64,000 bases of DNA from Pseudomonadota bacterium (GCA_039190005.1 JBCCYM010000002.1:10285-74284); one strand, 5' to 3'; numbered from the stretch's first letter, positions 52,049 through 62,420 are shown. Program-made: numbers and translations. Notes: generated by a model from the sequence alone, not told the origin.

Positions 52049-52054
52049 GTTAAA

Positions 52055-52825
52055 TTAATTTTCCTCAATCACTCTTTCTTCAATTAACATCTGTCTACGG
52101 TGTGTTATTGTAAGATATAGAACAAGTACAACAATAACCGCCAGAGATAACAACGCGGTTGTGCCGTCACCAAGACCAAGTCCGCCATGCGACTTGGGTT
52201 TGCCTATCCAGTCGGCGCCCGCGGCACCAAATGGTCGGGTTAGAATGTAGGCTATCCAAAAAAGCGCGATTTTGTTTATTCTAAATAGATATAAAATAAG
52301 CGGTATCACAATCATGCAGGCGCCAAATATTAATGTCGCGTCTAAAAAGCCAAAATGCAATCGACCGGCAACTAAATCACCGGCAGCGGTTCCCAAGCAA
52401 AAGGTAAAGAATATCACTACCCAGTAATATTTCTCCCGCTTAGCGGTATGAACATAGTGAGGATCTAGCGTGCCTTCACTTTTATACCATAACCGTAGGG
52501 TAAAAAGTAGTAGCGCGATGAATATAAGTGTTGATACTTCAAGGGGCACACCGATAAAATGCACCGTGTCTGAAAACATGGTGCCAAATATTGCCACAAA
52601 AATAATCACAGTCCAATACATCCAGGGGACGTAACGTTTAAATCGCATTTGTATGATGACTGACGAAATGAGCGCTATAAAAGCAACGATAACAGCGCCA
52701 GGGGCGGAAAATTGATAGAAGAAATCAGCACTGGCCTCACCAACTGTTGTCGAAATGATTTTTATGATCCAGAAGAAAATGGTGATGCTGGCGACTCTGT
52801 TGACTAAATTGTCAGAAGTGTTCAT
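52055..52825 (-). CDS. hypothetical polytopic inner-membrane protein with an internal two-fold repeat
   Basis: A 256-aa protein with eight or more hydrophobic segments. Two halves share the pattern FWIIKIISTTVGEASADF / FWIAYILTRPFGAAGADW. Confidence 0.55.
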   Translation of the reverse strand: MNTSDNLVNRVASITIFFWIIKIISTTVGEASADFFYQFSAPGAVIVAFIALISSVIIQMRFKRYVPWMYWTVIIFVAIFGTMFSDTVHFIGVPLEVSTLIFIALLLFTLRLWYKSEGTLDPHYVHTAKREKYYWVVIFFTFCLGTAAGDLVAGRLHFGFLDATLIFGACMIVIPLILYLFRINKIALFWIAYILTRPFGAAGADWIGKPKSHGGLGLGDGTTALLSLAVIVVLVLYLTITHRRQMLIEERVIEEN

Positions 52826-52921
52826 TGCTTAATTTCGTCCCAAATAATGTATTTTAACGTCGAGAGCATACCATACTATTTTGAAATTTCCAGGTAACAA
52901 TCTGTAAATTTATAAATCAGC

Positions 52922-53848
52922 TCAACTGTCTTCTATTTCATTCGCAAAACTGATGGTTGCATCAATACGATCACAGTTTAATGTTATCATCAGCAGGCGG
53001 TCAATGCCTAAAGCGATACCGGCACAATGGGGTAAGCTGTGTTCTAGCGCGGCCAGGAAACGTTGATCTATCGTGACAGCGGCTTTGCCAAGTTGTTGTC
53101 TTTTGGCGACATCATTGTTAAAGCGTTGCTGTTGTTCAACAGGGTCACATAATTCATGAAAACCGTTGGCTAATTCGATGCCGGATAAAAAAAGTTCAAA
53201 GCGTTCGGCAATATTGCCATGAATTTTTGCCAGTGCCGCCTGTGATGTTGGATAGTGATAGACAAACGTGGCTTGTTGTAATGTTGGTTGTAAACAGTGA
53301 TAAAACAGTAAATCGAGATAATCGTCTTTGCTGTTTAGCTGATCAGTGAAAATATGGTGTTGCATTGCCAGTTCACGCAGGGTTTTAATATCAACTTGAT
53401 GCGGATTAATATCAAGATGATGTTCAAATAATGCTTGATAGCTGACGCGTCGCGCGGCTGTGTGAATATCAAAGACGGTTTGTAACAACGCGTCGGTTTC
53501 ATCCATTAATTGGTAATGATCAAAACCGGGACGATACCATTCCAGCATGGTAAATTCCTGACGATGATATTGACCGATTTCTTCGTCGCGAAACGCTTTG
53601 CAAATCTGAAAAATAGGCCCACTGCCAGAGGCGAGCAGGCGTTTCATGGCAAATTCAGGCGATGTTTGCAGGTAATGTCCGGATTTTGTTTGTATGGCAT
53701 TGATGTGTGGATCGGTGCCGGTACTTGCTGAGAGTAATGGTGTTTCAACTTCGAGAATATTACGCGCTTTAAAAAAAGCGCGGATATCATCAATGAGCTT
53801 AGCGCGCGCTTTTAATGCCGCTAAGCTTGCCGTAGGCTGCCATGACAT
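52922..53848 (-). CDS. epmA: elongation factor P--(R)-beta-lysine ligase (class II LysRS paralog)
   Basis: Class II aaRS motifs FRDEEIGQYHRQEFTMLEWY and GIALGIDRL are present. Length is 308 aa. It lies immediately downstream of efp. Confidence 0.9.
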   Translation of the reverse strand: MSWQPTASLAALKARAKLIDDIRAFFKARNILEVETPLLSASTGTDPHINAIQTKSGHYLQTSPEFAMKRLLASGSGPIFQICKAFRDEEIGQYHRQEFTMLEWYRPGFDHYQLMDETDALLQTVFDIHTAARRVSYQALFEHHLDINPHQVDIKTLRELAMQHHIFTDQLNSKDDYLDLLFYHCLQPTLQQATFVYHYPTSQAALAKIHGNIAERFELFLSGIELANGFHELCDPVEQQQRFNNDVAKRQQLGKAAVTIDQRFLAALEHSLPHCAGIALGIDRLLMITLNCDRIDATISFANEIEDS

Positions 53849-53854
53849 GATCGA

Positions 53855-54424
53855 TTATTCTTTTACCCGTGAGACATATTCGCCGGTACGGGTATCAACT
53901 TTAACCAGTTCGCCAGTCTGTACAAATAAGGGGACACGCACGGTCGCACCTGATTCCAGTTTGGCCGGTTTCCCGCCGGTGCCGGCGGTATCACCTTTCA
54001 CGCCAGGATCGGTTTCACTGATGCGTAGTGTGACAAAATTGGGTGGCAACACCGATAAGGGTTCATTATTCCACAAGGTTAACTGGCAGATATCATTTTC
54101 CTTGAGCCATTGTCGCGCGTCAACCACAGCGGCGGCGGAAGTGGCGTATTGTTCAAAGGTTTCCGGATGCATGAAATGCCAGTGTTCGCCATCATTGTAT
54201 AAATACTGTACTTCGATTTCCATGACATCGGCAGCTTCCAGGCTATCACCTGATTTTAAGGTTTTTTCGATCACACGACCGGTCTTTAAGTTACGCATTT
54301 TAATACGATTAAAGGCCTGACCTTTTCCCGGTTTTACCATTTCGTTATTGATAATGCTATGTGGATCGCCATCGACCAACACGCGCGTGCCATTACGCAT
54401 TTCATTGGTTGCAAAACTTGCCAT
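53855..54424 (-). CDS. efp: elongation factor P
   Basis: A 189-aa protein. The KPGKGQAF loop carries the conserved modifiable Lys. Confidence 0.95.
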   Translation of the reverse strand: MASFATNEMRNGTRVLVDGDPHSIINNEMVKPGKGQAFNRIKMRNLKTGRVIEKTLKSGDSLEAADVMEIEVQYLYNDGEHWHFMHPETFEQYATSAAAVVDARQWLKENDICQLTLWNNEPLSVLPPNFVTLRISETDPGVKGDTAGTGGKPAKLESGATVRVPLFVQTGELVKVDTRTGEYVSRVKE

Positions 54425-54513
54425 GATTTACTGCCTCTTGTGTTGTTGTCAGTGTGTTTGCTAACGACTGACATGAGTTATATAAGGAGCTGCTGAAATC
54501 TGAATTTTTTAAT

Positions 54514-54593
54514 AGTTCAAGCAGTGTAACTGCTTGAACTAACTGGATTCCCGCCCTTCGACAAGCTCAGGAACCGCCTACGCGGGAATGACG
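54514..54593. repeat. Hairpin (agttcaagcagTGTAActgcttgaact) abutting a NIME-like unit. dRS3-like inverted repeats (ctggattcccgc ... gcgggaatgacgg) flank a family A fragment.
   Basis: An 11-bp perfect stem at 54514-54540. Then ctggattcccgcccttcgacaagctcaggaaccgcctacgcgggaatgacgg. Confidence 0.75.
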
Positions 54594-54674
54594 GAGTCGT
54601 CAGAATTCAACAATCTCTTTAATAATATACTAACACAATTACCGCGGTTTTGTTAGTGCTGTTGTCCTGATTTT

Positions 54675-55712
54675 TTATAATGGTTCATCGCTAATAGATA
54701 AACCATGATTGGTGGCAGCATAGACGATATGATGATAAACATAGACGCCATAAACCTGATTGCCGCCCAAACCATTTTCAGTGGTATAATTGCTGAAATG
54801 TTCGCCGCCATCTGTGGATATGGATAAACCATGATTGGTGCCGACATAGAGCTCATTGCCATTTACATAAATACTCCATGCTTGATCACTACCCAAGCCG
54901 TTTTCCATGGTATAATTTCGCAGATGCTGACCATCTTTAGTAAAAACAGACACACCACCGCTGCCATCATAATAGGCTGTGGTAGTGTAAATATAATGCG
55001 CTGTCACAAATAGATCACTGATGTCATTGCTTTTAAAACCAGTGGTGAAATTTTTGAAATTATAACCACCATCAGTTGATATCGATAAGCCACCACCCAT
55101 GCCATCGTAGTCTGGCGCTGTCGCGGCATAAATTGTTTCACCTTCGGCGTAAACGCTGATCACATTATCGCTGCTTAAGCCATTGATGGTGGTGCGATTG
55201 CTAAAATGTTTGCCACCATCAGTTGAAATAGCTAAACCGCCGGGACCGTCATAATCCTGCGTGGCGACATAGATGTGTTGACCTTGCACATAGACATCAC
55301 TGGCATCATTGCTGCCAAAGCCATTTGCTGTGGTATAGTTGGTAAAATGTTCGCCGTTATCATCGGATATGGATAAGCCACCGGTGTTGCCCTGGCTTGG
55401 TACCGTTGCGGCGTAAATTTTGCCATCGGCCGCGTAAGCCGCGAACACAACATTGCTGGCTAAACCATTTTCGTCAACAGTTTTATTATCAAAAGATTCC
55501 CCCTGATTAGTAGAAATTGATAACCCGCCATAAGTCGCCGCGTAAATATCACCGTTTGTGACATAGACATTTTTGACTAAATTACTGCCAAGCCCCTGTT
55601 TGGTGGTGATCGTAGTAAAAAGTCCGGATTTCGTCTGAGCCATGTCATTGGTAATCGAAAGGCTTGCTAAGCTGGTGAATAGTAGAATAAAGGAAAGAAT
55701 AGATTTTTTCAT
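54675..55712 (-). CDS. secreted BNR/Asp-box repeat beta-propeller protein
   Basis: Signal peptide MKKSILSFILLFTSLASLS. There are about seven roughly 46-aa repeats, each with GLSIS(T/D)DGG(K/E)HF, which matches the S-x-D-x-G-x-T-W/F Asp-box. Confidence 0.7.
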   Translation of the reverse strand: MKKSILSFILLFTSLASLSITNDMAQTKSGLFTTITTKQGLGSNLVKNVYVTNGDIYAATYGGLSISTNQGESFDNKTVDENGLASNVVFAAYAADGKIYAATVPSQGNTGGLSISDDNGEHFTNYTTANGFGSNDASDVYVQGQHIYVATQDYDGPGGLAISTDGGKHFSNRTTINGLSSDNVISVYAEGETIYAATAPDYDGMGGGLSISTDGGYNFKNFTTGFKSNDISDLFVTAHYIYTTTAYYDGSGGVSVFTKDGQHLRNYTMENGLGSDQAWSIYVNGNELYVGTNHGLSISTDGGEHFSNYTTENGLGGNQVYGVYVYHHIVYAATNHGLSISDEPL

Positions 55713-55962
55713 GATTGTACTCCTTGTAAAAAATAAAAAAATAATGAAAACGCCTGTTACGGCATGTCATAGAAGTTTGTTTTGGAAACGTATTGAATTT
55801 GCCGTGAATCGGCAAGACACTAAGCTAACAGAAAGTTGATGTGCATGTCAACTAAAAATTGAGCGACTACTTAGCAAGTTATTAATATGGCAGCTATATT
55901 TATATGGTGAGTCAATCAATGCTTGGTATTAATGTTGAGCGATTGCTATAAGTGGTTGACAT

Positions 55963-57261
55963 TTAGAAAGTTGGTATACAGTAAAACCAAATATAACTTA
56001 ATAACAGCGTAATAATAGTCAACGGCAAACCAGCGGCAAAAAAATTCCAAAATGTGATACTGCGGTTGTGATGGGATTCAGCCTGTTGAATGACAATCAC
56101 CGTGCTGGCAGCACTGATAATAAATAAATTACCGGCAAATGTACTGCTGATAGATAAAGCCATTAAATTATAGATTGACGTGTGACCAAAATAGGACAGA
56201 TAAAGTTCAACTAAAGGCATATTGGAGATCAGTTGGCTAACCATAGTGCTGATAATAAATATGTGCGAGAGCTTGTCTAAGTTAATATTTTTTTTGCTAA
56301 TAAACTGTTGAATGATACCGCTGTGCCAAACAGTGCCCATGACAATAAACATGGCAATGAAAAAAATCAGTGTCGACCAGTCAACTCGAGTAACTAATCT
56401 AACACGATGGGATGAAAAACAATACAGTGGTAAACAACTGATCAGTCCTATTGTACCTAGGGACAGTTTTGCTAAGTTCATATTAAATTGGGCTAGCGTA
56501 TAATAGATAAGCAATATCAGAAATAATAAAATACTTAAAAGAACAGGCCATCTATTGATTGAAGTGGTGTTCAAACTAATGGTTTGATAACTGGATTGCT
56601 GTTTTAAATCACGGCGAAATAAATAACATAACCATAAAAAACAGATGATTAAACTCAGCAAAACCGGCACGGAGAGGTAATTAAAAAAATCAATAAAAGG
56701 CATTGCTAATTGTCCCTGTACGGTAATTAATATATTTTGCGGATTACCGATGGGGCTGAGCGCGCTGCCGATGGTGATAGAAAAACACAACGCCAACAGA
56801 AATAGTTTCGCGTTAACTTTTGTGGCTTTTGCTAGTAACAGCGCGAGTGGTGTGGCAATAATGGCAACAGTGTCATTGGTAACTATCGCTGAGATAAATG
56901 CGGACATCAGCATGAATCCCAACAGTATTTTCCAGCGAGGCCGCGATTGACCTAATAGGAGTTGGCATAAGCGACGCGGTAAATCGGTTTCTTGTAAGCC
57001 TGAGCCTATACTAAAGACACCGAAAAGAAAACCGATAATATGCCATTGTACCAGTTTTACCGCCGTCATCGGAGAAACTTGATCGCAGACTAACAGTAAC
57101 ACCGCGCCACCCAGCATGATGTGCCAGATTTTTACCCAGGCCGGTAACCATTGGCGGATAGCGATCAAACAAAAAACAACGATGAGGATGCTAAAACTTA
57201 TGGGCATGGATTTTGATAACTGTTCCAAAATTATGTGTGTCAAGGCTTGTTTGCGTGGCAA
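55963..57261 (-). CDS. ArsB/NhaD-superfamily anion permease (ion transporter superfamily)
   Basis: A 432-aa protein with about 11-12 TM segments. The GSALSPIGNPQNILI motif is typical of ArsB/NhaD/CitMHS permeases. Confidence 0.7.
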   Translation of the reverse strand: MPRKQALTHIILEQLSKSMPISFSILIVVFCLIAIRQWLPAWVKIWHIMLGGAVLLLVCDQVSPMTAVKLVQWHIIGFLFGVFSIGSGLQETDLPRRLCQLLLGQSRPRWKILLGFMLMSAFISAIVTNDTVAIIATPLALLLAKATKVNAKLFLLALCFSITIGSALSPIGNPQNILITVQGQLAMPFIDFFNYLSVPVLLSLIICFLWLCYLFRRDLKQQSSYQTISLNTTSINRWPVLLSILLFLILLIYYTLAQFNMNLAKLSLGTIGLISCLPLYCFSSHRVRLVTRVDWSTLIFFIAMFIVMGTVWHSGIIQQFISKKNINLDKLSHIFIISTMVSQLISNMPLVELYLSYFGHTSIYNLMALSISSTFAGNLFIISAASTVIVIQQAESHHNRSITFWNFFAAGLPLTIITLLLSYIWFYCIPTF

Positions 57262-57329
57262 TGACAGATCTGAATTATAAGCAGTAAAGCAGAATAACGT
57301 ATCTGCGTCAAGCCTGGCATAGTGCTAGT

Positions 57330-58034
57330 TTAGGCGGGTACCATAAACGCTTGATCGATAGGGGTTTCACCGTCTAAGAGCGTATAAGTTTTTCGGTAAG
57401 TGTTTTTATTTTTCAATACTTCAATAAAACATCGTGCAACATTATCGCGTGATATTTTGCCAAAAGCATTTAGATTACCTAAAGTAACATTAACTTTCCC
57501 GGAACCGATATCTTGTGTTAATATGCCTGTGCGCAGAATAGTGTAGTTAATGCCGGATTCAATAAGGTAGTTCTCAGCTAATAGTTTTATTTTTACATAG
57601 TCATGATATTTTGGATTTTTAGTGGCTCTTAAAAGACCTTCCGGTACCGGTTCATTTATTTCTTGGTAGTAGTTTATGACATTCTGAATAAATTGATCTG
57701 GTTCTTTCTCGGTATGAATTGAACCAATATACAAAAAACGCTTTACATGCTTATTAACAGCGGCGTCAACCATATTGACTAGTCCTTGGTAATCAACTCC
57801 ATGAATATTTTTCCCCCGCGAGCCAGCAACAAAAATAATCGCGTCGAAACCTTCAACGAGCGTGTTAACATTATTTTCCAGATCACCAAGTAAGCACGCT
57901 GAGCCAAATTGTGTCACTAACTGTTCTTGTTCAGGATTCCGTATGAAGCCGGTGACTTGATGTGTTGTTTGAGATAATTGTCGTAATAATACTTGTCCGG
58001 TTTTGCCACTGGCGCCAACAACTAAAATTTTCAT
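57330..58034 (-). CDS. NAD(P)H-binding atypical SDR (NmrA-like) oxidoreductase
   Basis: MKILVVGASGKTGQVLLRQL is a Rossmann fold. Length is 234 aa. Confidence 0.75.
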   Translation of the reverse strand: MKILVVGASGKTGQVLLRQLSQTTHQVTGFIRNPEQEQLVTQFGSACLLGDLENNVNTLVEGFDAIIFVAGSRGKNIHGVDYQGLVNMVDAAVNKHVKRFLYIGSIHTEKEPDQFIQNVINYYQEINEPVPEGLLRATKNPKYHDYVKIKLLAENYLIESGINYTILRTGILTQDIGSGKVNVTLGNLNAFGKISRDNVARCFIEVLKNKNTYRKTYTLLDGETPIDQAFMVPA

Positions 58035-58081
58035 TTGTAGGTTTACTCTATTTTAAAAGAATGGGATAAGTATAATTAATT

Positions 58082-59048
58082 TCAGCTCTGTTTTGAAGAG
58101 ACGTGACCATAATCACGATAATACGCTTTAAACGATATCATACGTTTGCTTTTCTCATCGTATAATCTGATAGTAAGACACGATGGAATATCGCTTATTG
58201 TGAGTGAATGGATAGGTAATCGTTTGCTGACCAAAGCGTGACATGCTAGCAGGCGATAAAAAGGAATGCGTGAAGATAAATGATGCAGGTGATGATAGTT
58301 GATATTGCCAAAAAACCAACAGAGCCAAGTGGGTAATTTAACATAGCTGCTACCGTCAAAGCCGGCGTCAATGAAATTCCAGTTGGGCGCGCTGTCGTAA
58401 TAGCATTTTTCAAAATTGTGTTGTAAATAAAACAGAAAGATGCCGATTGAAAACGCTAATTGTATCGGCACACAAATCATCCAGAAAAAATGACTTAAGC
58501 CTAAATAGTAAGCAAGTGAACCATAAAATAATACTATCAATAGATTGGTGAGGTATAAATTATACCGTGTGGCGCAAAAACTCTTCTCGCCCATTTCTTG
58601 TCGATAAGCGCTAAAACGGTGGATGATTAAAAATTGTAAGATAGCGCCAAAAAACAAATAAAAATAATGGTGTTTGATAGAGACGATAGAGTAGTTTAGC
58701 GCCGCGTGATTTATGACGATATTCCTGACAGGTCATCAAAGTGATATAACCTATATTTTTCACGGTATGACCAAGGTCGCCATTATACCGGTGATGCAAC
58801 AAATGCGCAAACTGCCATCTTTTATACGATGTGACGACAATAATCCCTAAGATAGTGCTTCGCTAAGCGCGAGTTAAAAAGCGCGTAATGCACGCAGTCG
58901 TGAAACAAGATAAACAGGCGCACGTAGAGTAAAGCGCACAATAGTATAATTTGTAAGTATTGGCTTTCGCGTAGGGTTGGATGATTTTTAACAACTCTGT
59001 TTTGACCGATGTTGATTTTTTTCGGGTAATGAATGGGGGGAGATGCAT
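58082..59048 (-). pseudogene. Membrane fatty-acid desaturase gene split into three or more frames (frameshifted pseudogene or sequencing errors)
   Basis: ORF 58082..58657 carries the third His box NYHHLHHL. ORF 58611..58802 (HHRYNGDLGH) and ORF 58863..59048 (hydrophobic) are upstream pieces in other frames. The fragments sum to roughly 315 aa. Confidence 0.5.
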
Positions 59049-59081
59049 CGCGAGTATATACCTGAACGGTTAGTTGTTAGA

Positions 59082-59651
59082 TTAAAATATATTGTCTCTG
59101 GTGTCCTCATTTGGACACAGGGTGCCGTGTTGCCGCATCCATTGTCGGCAGTTATAGGTGAGATGACAGCTTGTATTTTCATAGAAGCCAGAGCCTATGC
59201 ACATTTTCTTTGAGCCTAACATCACGATATAACTATGCTTGATTTGGTTTTTTCCTGTTGCTGGATTGGGCCAGCAATATTGTATCCAATGGCCATTTGG
59301 ATGTTGCCTGCCTGTTGTCATGACATCTTGCACAATGGGTGAGCTCGCGCGTTGTTGAAAATTGAGATTTGGCGTTGCTGGATTAGCGATAAAAAAACCA
59401 TCATTTTTGGCATCGTCATCACAAACCAGAGCAAATACATAATGACCATGAGAAGATATTTCTTTGCTACTGAATTCATAGGCCGCTTGTTCTCTGGTTT
59501 CATGTTTGGCTAAATTTTCTGCTCTGATAACAAGTTGTTCAACATCTTTTTTCTCATCTGATATTGTATTTATATTGACATTGTTGGCATAAGTTGTGTA
59601 ATAAGCCGTCAGTGCGATAAACAACATAATGCTGCTGTAATAATATTTCAT
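59082..59651 (-). CDS. secreted Cache-like (single Cache/PDC fold) ligand-binding domain protein
   Basis: Signal peptide MKYYYSSIMLFIALTAYYTTYA. The HGHYVFA...GHWIQYCWPNPATGKNQIKHSYIVM...GSGFY pattern matches the Y..W.Y.W..P......K.Y...G.G.Y pattern of sCache_2-type domains. The start at 59651 is 8 nt after the CPBP stop. Confidence 0.5.
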   Translation of the reverse strand: MKYYYSSIMLFIALTAYYTTYANNVNINTISDEKKDVEQLVIRAENLAKHETREQAAYEFSSKEISSHGHYVFALVCDDDAKNDGFFIANPATPNLNFQQRASSPIVQDVMTTGRQHPNGHWIQYCWPNPATGKNQIKHSYIVMLGSKKMCIGSGFYENTSCHLTYNCRQWMRQHGTLCPNEDTRDNIF

Positions 59652-59658
59652 TTCAGTG

Positions 59659-60465
59659 TTAAATGATGTAGGAAAAACCAAGCAGAAATTCAATACAAAT
59701 ACCCGCAAACATATGCGATACAATAACGCTCAGGAGCGATTTATGTTTTTCGTATTGAATACCCCATAATAATCCGAATGACATGGCGACAAGACCAAAA
59801 GCCACGGATATGTGCGCGTGTGTCGCGCCAAAGACAATATTAGAAATCAGAATGGCCATACCAGCTCTTATTACATAGCCACCGACAAAAAAATCACGCA
59901 GTAAGGTCTGCATAAAGCCACGAATTATAAATTCCTGAAAAGGGCAGAAAAGCGCGTAAATGGCAAGAAAGGTGAGATAATGATAAACATGGAATTTATT
60001 GGCAGTTAGGTATGGCACGGTTGGATCAAATAAACGGTAAGGTAAATTGCCGTAAGCTATGCATATCCATTTGATAATAACAAAAAGAATAACGGTTGGT
60101 ATCGCCCAGGTAATCCCTCGAAATACTTGTTTTTGCCAATGATGCAAAGTCAAACCACAGTCTTGCAGTGTCAGCTTACTCCATCGAAGTACTAATGAGA
60201 CAATCGTAAAACCTACTAAAATTACCATTACACTGGGTATTGTGGTATAACCTTGTTCTGATATTAAATTTTTGATGCCATCAAGGAAAAAAATATACAT
60301 GCCGACTAAAAATAAGGAAGAAAGCGATACTAAACCTAATATATAGCGACGTCTGATTTCCTCATTTTCTGAGTGTAAGCTGGTATTTTCTGGTGTTTTT
60401 GCTAGTGATACTGTTGCAGTATTATTTTCTATTACCATCCTATTATTATTGTTATTATATGGCAT
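59659..60465 (-). CDS. CPBP-family intramembrane metalloprotease (CAAX protease / Abi domain)
   Basis: Motif 1 FQEFIIRGF (EExxxR). Motif 2 FGATHAH (FxxxH). A third His lies in the last TM helix. It has 7-8 TM helices. Confidence 0.8.
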   Translation of the reverse strand: MPYNNNNNRMVIENNTATVSLAKTPENTSLHSENEEIRRRYILGLVSLSSLFLVGMYIFFLDGIKNLISEQGYTTIPSVMVILVGFTIVSLVLRWSKLTLQDCGLTLHHWQKQVFRGITWAIPTVILFVIIKWICIAYGNLPYRLFDPTVPYLTANKFHVYHYLTFLAIYALFCPFQEFIIRGFMQTLLRDFFVGGYVIRAGMAILISNIVFGATHAHISVAFGLVAMSFGLLWGIQYEKHKSLLSVIVSHMFAGICIEFLLGFSYII

Positions 60466-60659
60466 TATGAATCTTAATCTGATGTAAAGTTATGATATTA
60501 TTTTGTCTAAACCCTGGTGCTATTATATCTTGATTCAGGCTAATGTCAAGTTGTTATTATATGATGGTGAGAACGCAATAAAGTTGCCTATGTTATGCCA
60601 GATCAAGATTTCTAACTTTACACAACTTCAGCATTATAGAATTTAATAGATCTTATTCT

Positions 60660-61169
60660 TTAAAGACATATTGCTGGATTAGTTACACAAGGGGCAGTCA
60701 CATTATCAATAAACACGTTAACATCATTGTATACTTTTCCTGTTTTGAACGTATTGTCAATGTTGCTTATTTTAAATGTAATACTGTTTTTTGTTAACAC
60801 GGGGTCGCTCAATGTGACGATATAAGCGGTTAAGTTTTGTTGGCCTGCTAGCGTAAGATCAGCATGAACAGCGGCGGCGTTCGGATTTTCTGAAAAAATC
60901 TCGCGCCAGTTTTTGATGAATCGATCGGTTTTAATTTTGGTAAACTTTCTGTTTGGACTATCAGAAAACGCGACAATGTTATTGTCTGGGCTAATGAGCT
61001 TCAAATAGGATTGCCCTTCTTTTTGTTGTACTATGGCATGATCAGCGTGCATGACAATCAGCCAGGGTGTTTTTGTTTGTTGAGATGCGTGATCGGTTGA
61101 CGCATTCGCGCAGGCGAACAGCGCGATGTTAAAGAGTAAAGCGATAGAAATTTGAAAAATTTTTCTCAT
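60660..61169 (-). CDS. hypothetical secreted protein, tandem paralog 1 (signal peptide, C-terminal Cys pair)
   Basis: MRKIFQISIALLFNIALFACANA, then about 150 aa. It is about 88% identical to the upstream paralog. Confidence 0.6.
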   Translation of the reverse strand: MRKIFQISIALLFNIALFACANASTDHASQQTKTPWLIVMHADHAIVQQKEGQSYLKLISPDNNIVAFSDSPNRKFTKIKTDRFIKNWREIFSENPNAAAVHADLTLAGQQNLTAYIVTLSDPVLTKNSITFKISNIDNTFKTGKVYNDVNVFIDNVTAPCVTNPAICL

Positions 61170-61223
61170 TGTGTTTTCCCCCATAGGACTATCGGCGCAA
61201 TTATAATAAAGTAAGTATAAATT

Positions 61224-61733
61224 TTATTCACATATTGCGGGAATGGTTTTGCAAGGGTCAGTAAAATTATCAATAAATAAGTTAATGTCATTATATACTT
61301 TTCCTTCTTTAAAGGTGTAATTGATATCATTGGCTTTAAATGTGAGACTATTTTTCGCTAACACCGGATCGCTCAATGTGACGATATAAGCGGTTAAGTT
61401 TTGTTGGCCTGCTAGCGTAAGGTCGGCATGGACAGCGGCGGCGTTAGGATTCTCTGAAAAAATTTTGTCCCAGTTTTTGATGAATCGATCGATTTTAATT
61501 TTAGTAAATTTTCTATTTGGGCTATCAGAAAACGCGACAATGTTATTGTCTGGGCTAATGAGCTTCAAATAGGATTGCCCTTCTTTTTGTTGTACTATAG
61601 CGTGATCAGCGTGCATGACAACCAGCCATGATGTTTTTGTTTGTTTGCTTGAATGATCTGTTGACGCGTTCGCGTATGCAAATAGCACGATACTAAATAA
61701 CAAAGCGATAGAAATTTGCAGTATTTTCCTCAT
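61224..61733 (-). CDS. hypothetical secreted protein, tandem paralog 2
   Basis: MRKILQISIALLFSIVLFAYANA...PCKTIPAICE. The start at 61733 is preferred over the extended track ORF. The nucleotide sequence is near-identical to 60660-61169. Confidence 0.6.
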   Translation of the reverse strand: MRKILQISIALLFSIVLFAYANASTDHSSKQTKTSWLVVMHADHAIVQQKEGQSYLKLISPDNNIVAFSDSPNRKFTKIKIDRFIKNWDKIFSENPNAAAVHADLTLAGQQNLTAYIVTLSDPVLAKNSLTFKANDINYTFKEGKVYNDINLFIDNFTDPCKTIPAICE

Positions 61734-61826
61734 TATATTTATCTCCATAGTGTTAGAATTAACAGACTGAGTTTCCCAGAAACTAGCACAAAATGTATAA
61801 GCCATCAAGTCAAAAATAGCATTTCA

Positions 61827-62420
61827 CTAGGCCATTTTTTTAACCGTTTCAGCCAATCGTTTACCCAGGGCGATACATAATTGTTTTTCATCATCAAGTA
61901 TGGGCAGATTGGCGCTGCCTTCGCCGGCAACATGGGTGGGGCCATAAGGTGTGCCGCCACCTTGAGTGGTAAATAACGGTTTTTCGCTGTAGGGCACACC
62001 AAGTAAGATATAACCTAAATGAAAAAGAGGTAACATCATGCTGATGAGCGTGGTTTCTTGACCGCCGTGTAAACTGGCTGTTGAGCTAAACACACCAGCG
62101 ACTTTGTTGATGGTATCACCGGATGCCCATACACCGCCGAGTTGGTCGAATAAGTATTTCATTGGCGCCGCCATATTGCCAAAACGGGTAGGGCTGCCCA
62201 GAGCTAGACCGATACATTCTTTAAAATCTTCCATTTTGACATAAGGCGCGCCGGATTCGGGAATATCATCCTGAGATTTTTCAGTTGTTGGTGATACCGG
62301 TGGTACGGTACGAATACGTGCTTGCACACCGTCAACACTTTCAATGCCTCTGGCGACAAAATCAGCCATTTTTTTAACGGCACCGTATTGGCTGTAATAG
62401 AGTACTAAGATTTCTTGCAT
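61827..62420 (-). CDS. wrbA: NAD(P)H:quinone oxidoreductase, WrbA (flavodoxin-like)
   Basis: Starts ILVLYYSQYGAVKKMADFVARG. SPTRFGNMAAPMKYLFD matches the WrbA FMN-binding loop. Length 197 aa. Confidence 0.9.
   Translation of the reverse strand: MQEILVLYYSQYGAVKKMADFVARGIESVDGVQARIRTVPPVSPTTEKSQDDIPESGAPYVKMEDFKECIGLALGSPTRFGNMAAPMKYLFDQLGGVWASGDTINKVAGVFSSTASLHGGQETTLISMMLPLFHLGYILLGVPYSEKPLFTTQGGGTPYGPTHVAGEGSANLPILDDEKQLCIALGKRLAETVKKMA

Noticed and set aside
54514-54540. agttcaagcagTGTAActgcttgaact hairpin as a rho-independent terminator of the BNR gene
   Set aside because: On the minus strand the stem is followed by UAUUAAAAAAUUC rather than a U-tract. On the plus strand the T-run precedes the stem. 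It is more likely part of the adjacent mosaic repeat element, so I listed it with that element.
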